Assembly (NCBI RefSeq): GCF_006345805.1
Contig: NC_043000.1
Coordinates: forward strand, 57,288,001-57,352,000
Direction of reading: 5' to 3'
DNA: 64,000 nt
From: Octopus sinensis
Taxonomy: Eukaryota
Position 1 is the stretch's first letter, and each line of letters starts with the position of its first letter. The position numbers were made by a program, and so were the translations under genes. Shown piece by piece: positions 1 to 10,465 of this stretch. Under the pieces are notes generated by a model. That model was not told the DNA's origin. It did no database searches and saw only the letters and a program-made list of their open reading frames with translations.

Positions 1-295
1 TAAGTAACACAGTGGTCTCTAAATTCTGACAAAGGCTTTTTTGTTAAAAGTTTTGAAGAGAAGATCTATTTATGGATAAATGCCCTTTCTTTGCCAACTA
101 CTGTAGATGGAACAGGCCAAATATTTTTATCATTACACCAACACTAAACAATATTCTTCTTGAATAAATCATCTCACAAAAATGAAACTGAAGAAGCTTT
201 TTGATTTAGTAATGATGTACAGACCTAGATAGATATTAAATTGTGAATTAGAATTTAAAAAAAGAATACAATTAAAAATAAAAGAAATTAATTAC

Positions 296-450
296 CGTTT
301 TTTATTCTTGTCATTTGTCATATCCCATGCCCAGACAAAAAAATTTTCAGTGAGGTAACTAACAACCTCTAGAGAGCATAAAACCTTCGAACAGAAAACA
401 TTTGTGAGGATACTCTTGTCATCATGTAAATACACAGCCAGTGGTTTCCT
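296..450 (-). CDS. FAF1: FAF1 coding exon 10 (RKPLAVYLHDDKSILTNVFCSKVLCSLEVVSYLTENFFVWAWDMTNDKNKKR; UAS domain); gene continues off the window
   Basis: 155 nt, tttctcttccag acceptor and gtaatt donor, phase 0-2. Strong similarity to human RKLLAIYLHHDESVLTNVFCSQMLC…ITWAWDLT. Confidence 0.93.
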
Positions 451-518
451 CTGGAAGAGAAATCAAAAGATGACAGTAAGAAAAACATCTGGTGAAAAGA
501 AAAAAATTTTTCAATTAA

Positions 519-1099
519 CCCTTTAGCATTTAAACTGGCCCTAATATTGTATTTGTTTTATGTTTAGATCAGCCAGATTTGGCCTCTCGCAAATATCCTA
601 CTTATGTCATTCTAAAAACAAACAAATCACCTCATCGAAATCTTGAAGCTACAATATAAGCCATAATTAATTCAAAACATCAATGTCTGGTCTCCATGCT
701 GGCACAGGTTGGACGGTTTGACATGGAGTCAGGACAGATTTCGGCTCACCAGCTCCAACTGTCTGCTGTAGCATGGTTTCTATAGCTGGATGCCCTTCAT
801 AATGCCAACCACTTTACAGAGTGTGACGGGTGCTTTTTACATGTTACTGTCAAGGATGTGTTTATGCAGAACTGGCACATGTGCCTTTTAAGTGGCACTG
901 ACACCTGAAAGGACAAGCCTGCATGTGTGGAAGACAGTGATTTTACTGAGCTTGACATGTTTTATCAAGTACAGCAAATCACAACTTCTCGGTCCATTGT
1001 CATTTCCTCACTGAGGCCCAGTGTTTGAAGATCTTTTCTCACCACTTAATGTGAATAAATAAGCATTACATGTGACAGGGAAATCTGAAAGCTAAAGGG
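519..1099. mobile_element. piggyBac-type MITE (CCCTTTAGCA TIR, TTAA TSD) with a nested retro-repeat insert (687-1052)
   Basis: TTAA-CCCTTTAGC…GCTAAAGGG-TTAA; AATGT duplicated at 682-686 and 1048-1052. Confidence 0.8.
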
Positions 1100-1327
1100 T
1101 TAAAATCTATACGTGATGTTATTTATTACAGAATTGATAAAAATAAGATAGAAATTCCTTTATTGGTTTCAATTAATAGACTGCAGCCATGCTGATTTTT
1201 TTTTATCAACCCCCTATACACAAACATAGCAAAAGTAAATACACAACTTTTTTTCACTCACCCTGAAAGATTTACTTCTAGAAACAAAATGTCATTTGAT
1301 GCTTTTAAACACTGATATCTAGTAGAC

Positions 1328-1520
1328 ATCATCATTATCACTTAATGTCCATTCTGCAATGCTGGCATGGGTTGGATGGTTTAACAGGAGCTAGCAAGGA
1401 CTGCACCAAGCTTCACTGTCTGTTATGGCATGGTTTCTACAGTTGCATACCCTTCCTAATGACAACCACTTTACAGGGTAGGCTGGGTGTTTTTTACATG
1501 GCACCAGCATGTACAGGTAC
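1328..1520 (-). mobile_element. Older family A copy. Further copies at ~2660-2845(-), 5875-6168(+), 8795-8955(+), 13790-14020(+), 28250-28420(-), 32635-32890(-), 43660-43895(+), 48980-49540(+), 57825-58080(-), 58148-58308(-), 62990-63200(-)
   Basis: All share the ggaagggcatcc / ggatgcccttcc core and catgc-agcatgg tail motif. Confidence 0.7.
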
Positions 1521-2208
1521 CAGCCTTGTGCAATTTCTAATAATTTAACCCATTTCAGCACTGTACTAATGGGAAGTGTCCACACAGACAAAACAATATA
1601 ATGCAGGGTGTCTAATTTAGTTTTGAGAGGTCTTTGTATATTTTTTGTACTTAGTGATTTCAGAATAACTCAGATGTTTATATGCTGTTTCTTATTGCTA
1701 CACTCTTTGAGATTTTTCAGTTCCCTCTCCCTACTGCTAAGCTCAGGAGACCTAGTAAAAGTAATGGGCACTACTGTTCTCCCTTCCAACTAAACCATAA
1801 AAAAATTATTCACTAAAAACACATCCAGTCATGAGCCATGATTGAAATTAAATAATCCATTTAGAGGATGAAACCATGTCAGAGCTGACTGATTAGTAAC
1901 TCAACTGATTTGTCACATCATTGTATATATAACACTGATTTATTTGAGAACTTTTAAAATCCTATTGAGTCATCAATTTTGAGTTTCTCATCAAAGTAAT
2001 TGTTAGCAGAATGTAGGGAGTTTCTTACAGTAACCAGTCATCTGATAGTCTAGAATATTATTTATGTTTTCATATTTAGTACTATAATTATATTGCTCAA
2101 ACAAAATACAAAAGCAACAATACAAACACATACACAAATACACAACAGAAATTTAGTTTTCATTAATTTTCTCTAAGTACCTCAAAGTAAGAATTTAAAG
2201 CATCTCAC

Positions 2209-2290
2209 CTCTTTGGCTTTTAACATCAAGGAATCCTTAATAGCATCATCTAATGATCCGATATAGAATTCAGGATGGCATTCTCCAAAT
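2209..2290 (-). CDS. FAF1: FAF1 coding exon 9 (FGECHPEFYIGSLDDAIKDSLMLKAKE; UAS domain)
   Basis: 82 nt, gtctttcag acceptor and gtgaga donor, phase 2-0. Resembles human YGDCHPVFFIGSLEAAFQEAFYVKARD. Confidence 0.92.
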
Positions 2291-3110
2291 CTGAAAGACA
2301 AACATATCAATAAAAAAAGCAAAAGCCACATCAAGTTTAATTCTTTCTAAAAATGGTCAAAAACCAAACAAATCAATGATTCAAATGATGGTACTTGACT
2401 GTTTATTTCAACTGTTAAGTTACTGATAAAGAAATGGAATTATGTCTAAATGTGTCCTTTTCTTTTTGTGACTCATTCAGAAAAGGAAGGGCAGTCCATG
2501 ACCTCCTACCCCTCCCTTTTTTTTTAGCAGGGTTTCTGAAATTGGTGGTGAGAAAGGGAGGAAGAAACAACTCAGATTATAGTGGGACTGAACCCAAAAA
2601 CACATGGTTGCAAAATGAGCTTCTTAACTGCACAGCCAGCCAGGCACGCATTTATCACTCTCGTCGTTATTTAATATCTGTTTTCAATACTGGCATGGGT
2701 TAAGCAGTTTGATAGGAGCTGGCTAGGCAGAAGACTGCACTAGGCTTCACTGTCTCTTTTGGCAGGATTTTACAGCTGGATGTCCTTCCAAACACCAACC
2801 ACCTTATAGAGTGGGCTGGGTGCATTTTATGTGGTACCAGCATATATATATTTGAAATTGAAAAAATGAGTAGAGATGGCTTGGGGGGGGGGGGGGGGGG
2901 GGATAATTATATTTCAATCTTAAAAATAATGTTTACTGTGAGTTACTCTGATATGAGTTTCAAGCTTCAAGTAGCCGTTTTCAAACAGAAACATGTATGT
3001 TTTACTGGTTGCTTAAATAGCAAAAGATTTTTTCTTACACATATACATACAAAAAAATTTTTTTTTAAAGTATAAATATATATAAATATATATATATATA
3101 TACATATATA

Positions 3111-3350
3111 ATCATCATCATCATTTAGCGTCCGCTTTCCATGCTAGCATGGGTTGGACGGTTCAACTGGGGTCTGTGAAGCCAGAAGGCTGCATCAGGC
3201 CCAGTCTGATCTGGCAGTGTTTCTACGGCTGGATGCCCTTCCTAACGCCAACCACTCCGTGAGTGTAGTGGGTGCTTTTTACGTGCCACCGGCACAGGTG
3301 TCAGACGGAGCTGGCAAACGGCCACGAACGGATGGTGCTTTTATGTGCCA
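3111..3350 (-). mobile_element. Young RTE-tail-type short retroposon (family A) with (ATG)n tail
   Basis: About 95% identical by manual alignment to 9258-9509. The same 3' sequence terminates the RTE LINEs at 41388 and 56107. Confidence 0.85.
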
Positions 3351-3513
3351 AACATTCTACTTATTTTATGTTCAAACTGGCTAGATCCAGCTTTTCACAC
3401 CTACTCTACAATGTCATTCTGAAAATAATTACATCATCAAAACATTGCAAATAAATATACATTACATCTGACAGAATAATCTCAAATCCTAAAGGATTAA
3501 GATTTAATCTTAC

Positions 3514-3577
3514 CGATCAATGAATCCACGAGTGAACTGTTCCAGTGCTACAGTTTCATCTGTGAAATCTTCTGGCA
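3514..3577 (-). CDS. FAF1: FAF1 coding exon 8 (MPEDFTDETVALEQFTRGFIDR)
   Basis: 64 nt, catttcttag acceptor and gtaaga donor, phase 1-2. Resembles human MPENAENEGDALLQFTAEFSSR. Confidence 0.9.
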
Positions 3578-4324
3578 CTAAGAAATGGTAAAAGAAAAAT
3601 GAATGCTTTTAGTAAGTAAAATTGTACTTTTTTTGTTTTGTTTTCATATCACAACTTGTAAACAACAGTGTCATTGGTTAAGCTTGCAACAAGTCAAACA
3701 GTAGTGATTCACTGCACTTAAAATGGCAACACTGACAGAGGAGTGCTTGTAACTTGGAGTAAATATTGCAAAGGATTGTTTGAAGAGCACCAGTGTTTTA
3801 GCTTTCATGCTGATTTTACAGTATACACACATCCATATCTTGAACTGATGTGCTTTTTTATGAAATGCTACTAATATATGGCTCACAGCAAGAAATTAGC
3901 TATAACACTATAATGGAATATTTGGTGGTAATTGTTGATTAGCTTGAGGTCAGCACTGATCAAACAGACTCACAGTCAAAATCAAAAGAATTCTAGCAAA
4001 CATCATCTCAATTGTATATGCATTACTCAACATGTTCTTCCGTCTTCAGAATAGTAGACAGTGAGAAATGATTTGTGATCAATCTGGCTGCTGCTTTCAG
4101 CAATTTGAAATGACTACATAGAAACTACCACACTGATTTGTGAGGCCCAACAAATAAAAGTCCAGACTATTACAGGATTTAAACCAGCCATATCTGGTCA
4201 AAATATTCTACTTGTTTTATGGTCAAACTGGCCTCTCACACCTACACTACAATGTCATTCTAAAAATAAACAATCACAGTGAAATTCCAAAGTTACAAGA
4301 TGATGCATTAATTCAAAGCAATGA

Positions 4325-4603
4325 ATAATAATAATATAATAATAATCAAATTATTGTATATAGTGCTCAGGTGCACCACAACTTGTCAGAAAGTGCGTAT
4401 AAAGTGTATGCAGTAATGTACAAATGTCTGGAAAGCGAACAATGTATGAGTCAGATACATGCTTGTATGGAGGGGAGGAAATCAGGTGTAGTGTTGGCGA
4501 ATCTCAGAAAGCATGGAAGTTTTGAAGGATGCAGTGCTCCGACAACTAACAACCGATGCCGGCAGTTTGTTCCATGCTTCAGCAACTCTCAGCGTGAAGA
4601 AAT
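4325..4603 (-). mobile_element. 5'-truncated CR1-type LINE 3' end with (TTA)n tail
   Basis: Minus frame reads HFFTLRVAEAWNKLPASVVSCRSTASFKTSML, the typical CR1 ORF2 C-terminus. The same tail recurs at ~22651-22705. Confidence 0.75.
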
Positions 4604-4662
4604 GCTAACGATTCTGCCAGCTCATTGCCCTTAATACCTTCTTCATAATTGTTACTACTTAC

Positions 4663-4798
4663 TTAATGGACCAAACTTAGGTTGAGTGTCATTCCACATG
4701 TATTCATTTATGAGATCCACATCGTCATCGTCATCATAGTCATCAACTTGATCATCATCATCATCATCATCGTTGTCATCAATCTCCATTCCTTTGTC
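4663..4798 (-). CDS. FAF1: FAF1 coding exon 7 (acidic tract DKGMEIDDNDDDDDDD…EYMWNDTQPKFGPL)
   Basis: 136 nt, tttattgcag acceptor and gtaagt donor, phase 0-1. Positionally equivalent to the human acidic exon ending RKSPM. Confidence 0.85.
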
Positions 4799-6734
4799 CT
4801 GCAATAAACAGTAACAGTAATTAGCAATGACATCTAAACGAGAGTAATGAGACAAATACTAATCTCCCCAACTGCATGAAAATATTTGATAATCACGCAT
4901 AAAAAATCTGAAACCAACCACTAAATCTTGAGGTTCTTGTTGTTGTTCTAAGTCCTGATCAAAAACTGTTCCTGATGTTAGCCATTCCACTTTTTTTATA
5001 ATGTGAAATACACATACTAGAGACTATATTATTCAATGTGCTCTTCTTGTTAAGATATTAAGATGTGACAGGAGAAAGATTTGGCTGTTTCTCTGGCTAA
5101 TAGAGCAATAATACAGAGGGTCACATTAGAAGAATTCAAAGTTGGTTTTACCATATGAATTGTATTTGAGTAGCATCGATTTATAATTAAGAAAAAGAGC
5201 TATCAAAAAATGATTTGAAGGAGTGAAAAAAAAAAGGCTTTGTACAGTTTGTTGACATAACCAAATCATTAAAACTTTCTTTTTTACAATCAGTCTAACT
5301 AAAAATGTCTAGTATTCTGCCAATGCTGTAGAATGCATCAATCATTTATATAAATACCGAAAACAGTCAATTCATAAATTAAAAATATCACTCGTGTTTG
5401 TGCATGCACAAATGTTGATGTTCCATGCTTGTCACTGCTTGAGCCAAATGACAATGATGTTGAGTTGACATTCCTTCTTGACATTATGACTTTAGAAAAA
5501 CAGGTAAGGATTGAAGAAAGAAACGTGAAGACAAAATATCTGTAGTTCATAAATTCATAAAAACCCTTTCAACCTGCTTAATGTAGCAAGCAAATCCTCC
5601 AAATGCAGCAATTTAACAATTTTCAATCCATAGCACACTGAATAAGGTATTAAATATTCTACAGTATATCTGCTTTTTTACTTGTTTCATTATATAAACA
5701 AGTATAAAAAAAAAATATTAAAAAACTCTTGATACCATCCTGCCCAAGACTGCTCCTTGTTTTAAAGTTATCTAAATTATAACTTTCCATCAAAATTTCA
5801 TGTTCATTTTTTTGTTCAAAACACCTGCTTAATAATGCTAAAATTATTTAGTGGATGGAACAAGTGGAAGTGGGAGACCTAGGAAAACATGAGATGAAGG
5901 ACTGAGGTACCTGGTACCTTGCCATACTCAAGAAGACCTGCACTCCACAACAGAAGTGTTAAGACTGATCCTTCTGGTAGTGTAAAGCACTCATGGTGGC
6001 GCCATGTAAAAGCACCCAGCACACACTGTAAAGTGGTTGGCATTAAGAAGAGCATCCAGCCATAGGAACCATGCAAAATCAGACTGGAGTCTGGTGCAGC
6101 TCCCTAGCTCTGGTCACACCATTCAAACCATGCTAAGATGGACAATGGACATTAAATACTGAGAATGAGGACAAATTGAAGCAAAGGTAGCATATTTCAA
6201 CAAAAATATGGTCACAAAAGGGTTAAACAAGGATGAATAAATCCCTTTGCATCAAAGGAATACACATGTACCAGTGCAATGTATTAAGTACACTTGAGTT
6301 TTTCTTAATTTCCTGATATAATGTAACTCACTTCAAAATTTGTTGCACACCTGTATAATATATGCAGCACACAAAAGGATCACCCTGGGTTAAAAAATCT
6401 GCTTTATCATTAAAATATGGATTTTTACACACATCACCCAAATCAGTGGTTAGCACGTTGAGCTCACAATGAGGAGGTTGGGAGTTTGATTCCAAAACTA
6501 GGCTGTGTGTTGTGCTCTAGAGCAAGACACTTTATTTCACGTTACTCTAGTTCACTTAGCTGCAGGAAAAGCACTTAGCTAGGACAAAGCCCCAATTCCT
6601 AGAATTTATGAGAGTTGGCAATGACGGGTCCATGAGGGACTCATCTACTTTGTGCTTAATGTCTATTGCATATGAAGTCTGAATTTTTTTGTTAGCCTGC
6701 CTGTAATCTCACTACTCTTTTTATGTGTCCATAC

Positions 6735-7960
6735 CACAGTTTAAAGTTTACAGTCCAAGAAAACTTCTATAAATTGACAACAGCTTTTCCTACTGGATCT
6801 GTAGTTTTAGAGAAAAAATTCTTGATTTGAAAGCAAAATTTGGAATCAAGAGGCTCAAAGTAAACCTTGAAAAGACTGGACTGTTATCATCAGGGAAATG
6901 GCCATGCTTGATATGGAGAAAAGAAGTAGATGGAAATCTATTCCACTTTTGATGTATTCAATGTAAATAATGGGCACATCAAAAGAGTAGTGAGATTACA
7001 GGTAGGCTAACAAAAAAAAAAAAACAGTAGACTTCATATGCAATAGACATTAAGCACAAAGAACACATGGGAAATAGATTCTCTCAAATACTCAGAAGGT
7101 AACCTGGAAGTGTTGAGGTGCAATGGCCTAGTGGTTAGGGCAGCAGACTCGTGGCCGGAGGATTGCGGTTTCGATTCCCAGACCAGGCATTGTGTGTGTT
7201 TATTGAGCGAAAACACCTAAAGCTCCACGAGGCTCTGGCAGGGGCTGGTGGTGACCCCTGTTGTACTCTTTTGTCCCAACTTTCTTTCACTCTTTCTTCT
7301 TGTTTCTTGAGTAACATTGCGATGGACTGGCGTCCCGTCCAGCTGGGGGGAACACAAACACCATAGAAACCGGGAAACCAGGCCCAACGAGCCTGGCTAG
7401 GCTTGAAAAAAAGCGAAAAAAAAAAAAAAAAACCTGGAAGTAGTTGGCAGCTTTTGTTACCGAGGTGACCTAAAAGCATGGTAACTAATAAGAACAGGCT
7501 GGAGAAAACTCAGGAAAATATTACCTTTGATAGTAACAAAGGGCTTCTCCTTCAGAGAAAAAGGGTACATTGTATACTGTTTGTATATGGAATATAATGT
7601 TGCATGGTAGCAAGATGTGGGCTTTGAATACACAGGATTTGTGAAGACTTGAAATGAAGTGAAAATGCATCACTGAATGTGTAATGAGTAACAGAGTAGG
7701 AACTGAGAGAAAAATTCAATATAAGAGGAATCAGATATAGGGTGCAAGAGAGAAGGGCTGCACTGGTATAGGCATGTGATGCATATAGTGAATGACAACT
7801 ATAGAAAGAAGTGATCGTAACTGAAAGTGAACGAAACCTATGCAAGAGGATGACAGAAGAAGGCATGAAGTGAAGTGGTGAAAAATAATGTCATGATGTT
7901 TGTCATGGAAGGGATGGCAAGGGACCAAGATGATTGGCAACATGCAGTGATGTAGAAAAT
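6735..7960 (+). mobile_element. Degenerate RTE LINE RT fragment interrupted by a SINE
   Basis: ESRGSK/VNLEKT-like and LEV|VGSFCYRGD motifs continue across the insertion; LPLIVTKGFSFREKG…LHGSKMWAL downstream. Confidence 0.7.
7112..7430 (+). mobile_element. Full-length tRNA-headed SINE with A-rich tail and 11-bp TSD
   Basis: A box TGGCCTAGTGG (7124), B box GGTTTCGATTCC (7167), poly-A tail, AACCTGGAAGT at 7101-7111 and 7431-7441. Confidence 0.85.
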
Positions 7961-8173
7961 CAGATCACTCATGCAAGTATGGAGAGATCTGTCCATACTC
8001 AAGCTACTCTTCTACTTCTCTCTGCTTTGTATCACAATAGCTGTGTAAAGAGAAACTGCATTGGTTCTATTGGTACCCAATACACCCTCAACACTTATCC
8101 TCCTAAACACTGCCTCAGATCACTATTTTATTGACATCAATCACTGTCATCTCAACTATACATCACTTACTTG

Positions 8174-8232
<59 letters not shown>

Positions 8233-8336
8233 AATGAGCTTGCTCATTTGTAGAGTATACAATTTGAATTACTACTGATTATAAACAAAGGAAACTGTTG
8301 AGGTAGGGGAAAAGAGAGAAAAGCATAAAGTCATAC

Positions 8337-8391
8337 CTTTTGACTATTGGAATTATCAGAGACACCAAATGAAGTGGAAGTTGTTTTAGAA
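8337..8391 (-). CDS. FAF1: FAF1 coding exon 6 (SKTTSTSFGVSDNSNSQK), low-complexity linker
   Basis: 55 nt, attatttttcag acceptor and AAG|gtatga donor. Phase 2-0 bridges exon 5 to the acidic exon exactly. No homology support. Confidence 0.6.
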
Positions 8392-9257
8392 CTGAAAAAT
8401 AATAGAAAATCAAAGTTGTTAATAAATTCTAAGTTATTTTTGTAAAATAATATTACATGATAGTTTTGGAAAATAATATGCATCTATAATCAATGTTCCT
8501 TGTGTTAGCAAAGTAAAACAGCAAATTAAAAAAAAAAAAAGAAGAATCAGGATAGTGGTGAGAATTGGGGGATGAATGTTGGAGTTTTAAACATGATTCG
8601 CTGGATGTGCATAGAAGAAAGAGCACAAGTAAACTGAAAATGTATTAGGGCATGCTGATGTTATTTGACCTCAGGTCAATTTCAAATCAAACAGACTTCT
8701 AATCAAAGATGTTAAAGCCATGAACACCCATCTTTTATTCAGATGTAATGAAATGAATGCAAACCCCAACTTTTATTTAAAAAAAAACAAAAACTACCCA
8801 GCACACTGTGGTTGGCGTTAGGAAGAGAGCATCTGGCCATAGAAACCATGCTGCAACAGATAGTTGGAGCCTGGCCAGCTCCCTGCTGGCCAGCTCCATG
8901 TCAAATCATCCAACCCATGCTAGCATGGAAAGAGGACTTTAAACAATGATGATGATAAGGATGTGGTCAGAGAGGAATGTAATTTCTTGTAGGTTGAACA
9001 ACTGTGTGAGGGGGAAAGGTGGCTGTACTAGATGAACATGTAATGCGAATAGGTATACTGATGTGAAAAAGTAATGCACTGAAATAAGAAGGCAATCCAT
9101 GGAAGAAGAAAAGTAAGGAAGACATGGGAAGAAGTGGATAAGCAGACTTTAAAATGTTAATGGTGATGTATCATATAGAAGACTAATGATGTACTAATGC
9201 TCATCACATTTTTACAGTATTTAGATGAATATAATCTTTTATAAATCTATATTCGTT

Positions 9258-9509
9258 TGGTGGCACGTAAAAAGCACTATCCGACCGTGGCCGTTTGCCA
9301 GCCCCGTCTGGCACCTGTGCCGGTGGCACGTAAAAAGCACCCACTACACTCACGGAGTGGTTGGCGTTAGGAAGGGCATCCAGCCGTAGAAACATTGCCA
9401 GATCAGACTGGGCCTGGTGCAGCCTTCTGGCTTCCCAGATCCCAGTTGAACCGTCCAACCCATGCTAGCATGGAAAGCGGACACTAAATGATGATGATGA
9501 TGATGATGA
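9258..9509 (+). mobile_element. Young family A retroposon copy
   Basis: ggtggcacgtaaaaagcac…ggaagggcatccagccgtagaaac…catgctagcatggaaagcgg…(atg)n. Confidence 0.85.
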
Positions 9510-9888
9510 GTTTCAGACTTCACTCTTAATTTATTCCTTTAGAATGATTCACTTCATAAAGTATAGTGAGTTTAGGTTTTATCATTAGAGAAATCTTCCC
9601 AATGTCTTAATATGATCTATAAGTAATCAGAGTATAATGGCTTGTACCAAATAACATATAGAGAATGAGGAACTAAGTGCTCTATTCATTCACATATACA
9701 CTACTTGCACATGCATACACACAATGTAGAAGTCCTGATGCCATTTCCATTTTGTGGAAGTTAACATCACCATTCTTCAAGATGTTCCCCCACAAAAAGT
9801 CTACATACAATTGTGGAAAGAATGACTAGTAAATACACCATTAAGTTAAAGTTTACTAAGGTATAAGAGGAAAAACATTAGAACTCAC

Positions 9889-10004
9889 CTGTCAGCAGTA
9901 ACTGTATTTCTAGATCCTGTCTGAGATGATGTTGCAGCTTTATTTTGTGTGTTATGTACTTTTAATTTGGTTTCTTGGGGTAAATTTAATTCATTCAAAA
10001 TGCA
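9889..10004 (-). CDS. FAF1: FAF1 coding exon 5 (CILNELNLPQETKLKVHNTQNKAATSSQTGSRNTVTAD)
   Basis: 116 nt, tatttgcag acceptor and gtgagt donor, phase 0-2. Start resembles human TVLKSLHLPKNNSLYV. Confidence 0.85.
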
Positions 10005-10370
10005 CTGCAAATATGGAAAAAGAATAAAAAAATAATCTCACACACCACACTTGTTACTCATAATAACAAAAAGACAAAACAGACACAACCAGTATGCAAA
10101 GCCTAAAATGAAATGAAATTAGGAGGAAGATATAAATCCTTAAAAATGTTTCAGACCAAAAGCTGTGGCCATGCTGGGGCACCACCGTATGATAAAGGAA
10201 TTAGAACTTAGCAGAAAATGGTGTCTTTTTTTTATGTGAATTAAAGCGAAATAAAACTTATCTGTTATTTCAAATACGAAATAACATATTTCATTTAGTG
10301 ATTGGTGATTGCTCTAAGAATTAACAATGACATGTTAAATACAGAAATTAGAATAAAATAGGATACTAAC

Positions 10371-10465
10371 CGAATCTGTTATTTTACTACATGAAGGCCA
10401 ACCTTTCAATTGAAGGTAATTCACAGGTATACTTAGACGCCGAGATAATTCTTTTTTCAAAAATC
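10371..10465 (-). CDS. FAF1: FAF1 coding exon 4 (FLKKELSRRLSIPVNYLQLKGWPSCSKITDS; UBL domain)
   Basis: 95 nt, tttcccag acceptor and gttagt donor, phase 1-0. Resembles human EIKQILENELQIPVSKMLLKGWKTGDVEDS. Confidence 0.88.

Noticed and set aside
24-60. Hammerhead-like CTGACAAAGGC…AAAAG; also CTGAAGAG…GAAAC at 57236-57260
   Set aside because: Too many core changes and no convincing stems.
3154-3384. Recurrent ORF MDGSTGVCEARRLHQAQSDL… (also 9204, 17129, 58192)
   Set aside because: Chance antisense frame of the family A repeat, with a GTT-type start and variable ends; not a gene family.
7112-7185. tRNA gene
   Set aside because: Has A/B boxes but continues into a SINE body with poly-A tail and TSD; no clean acceptor stem.
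7525-7610. Possible FAF1 exon ending AAAG|gtaat
   Set aside because: The plus strand is clearly RTE ORF2 sequence, and no suitable acceptor was found.
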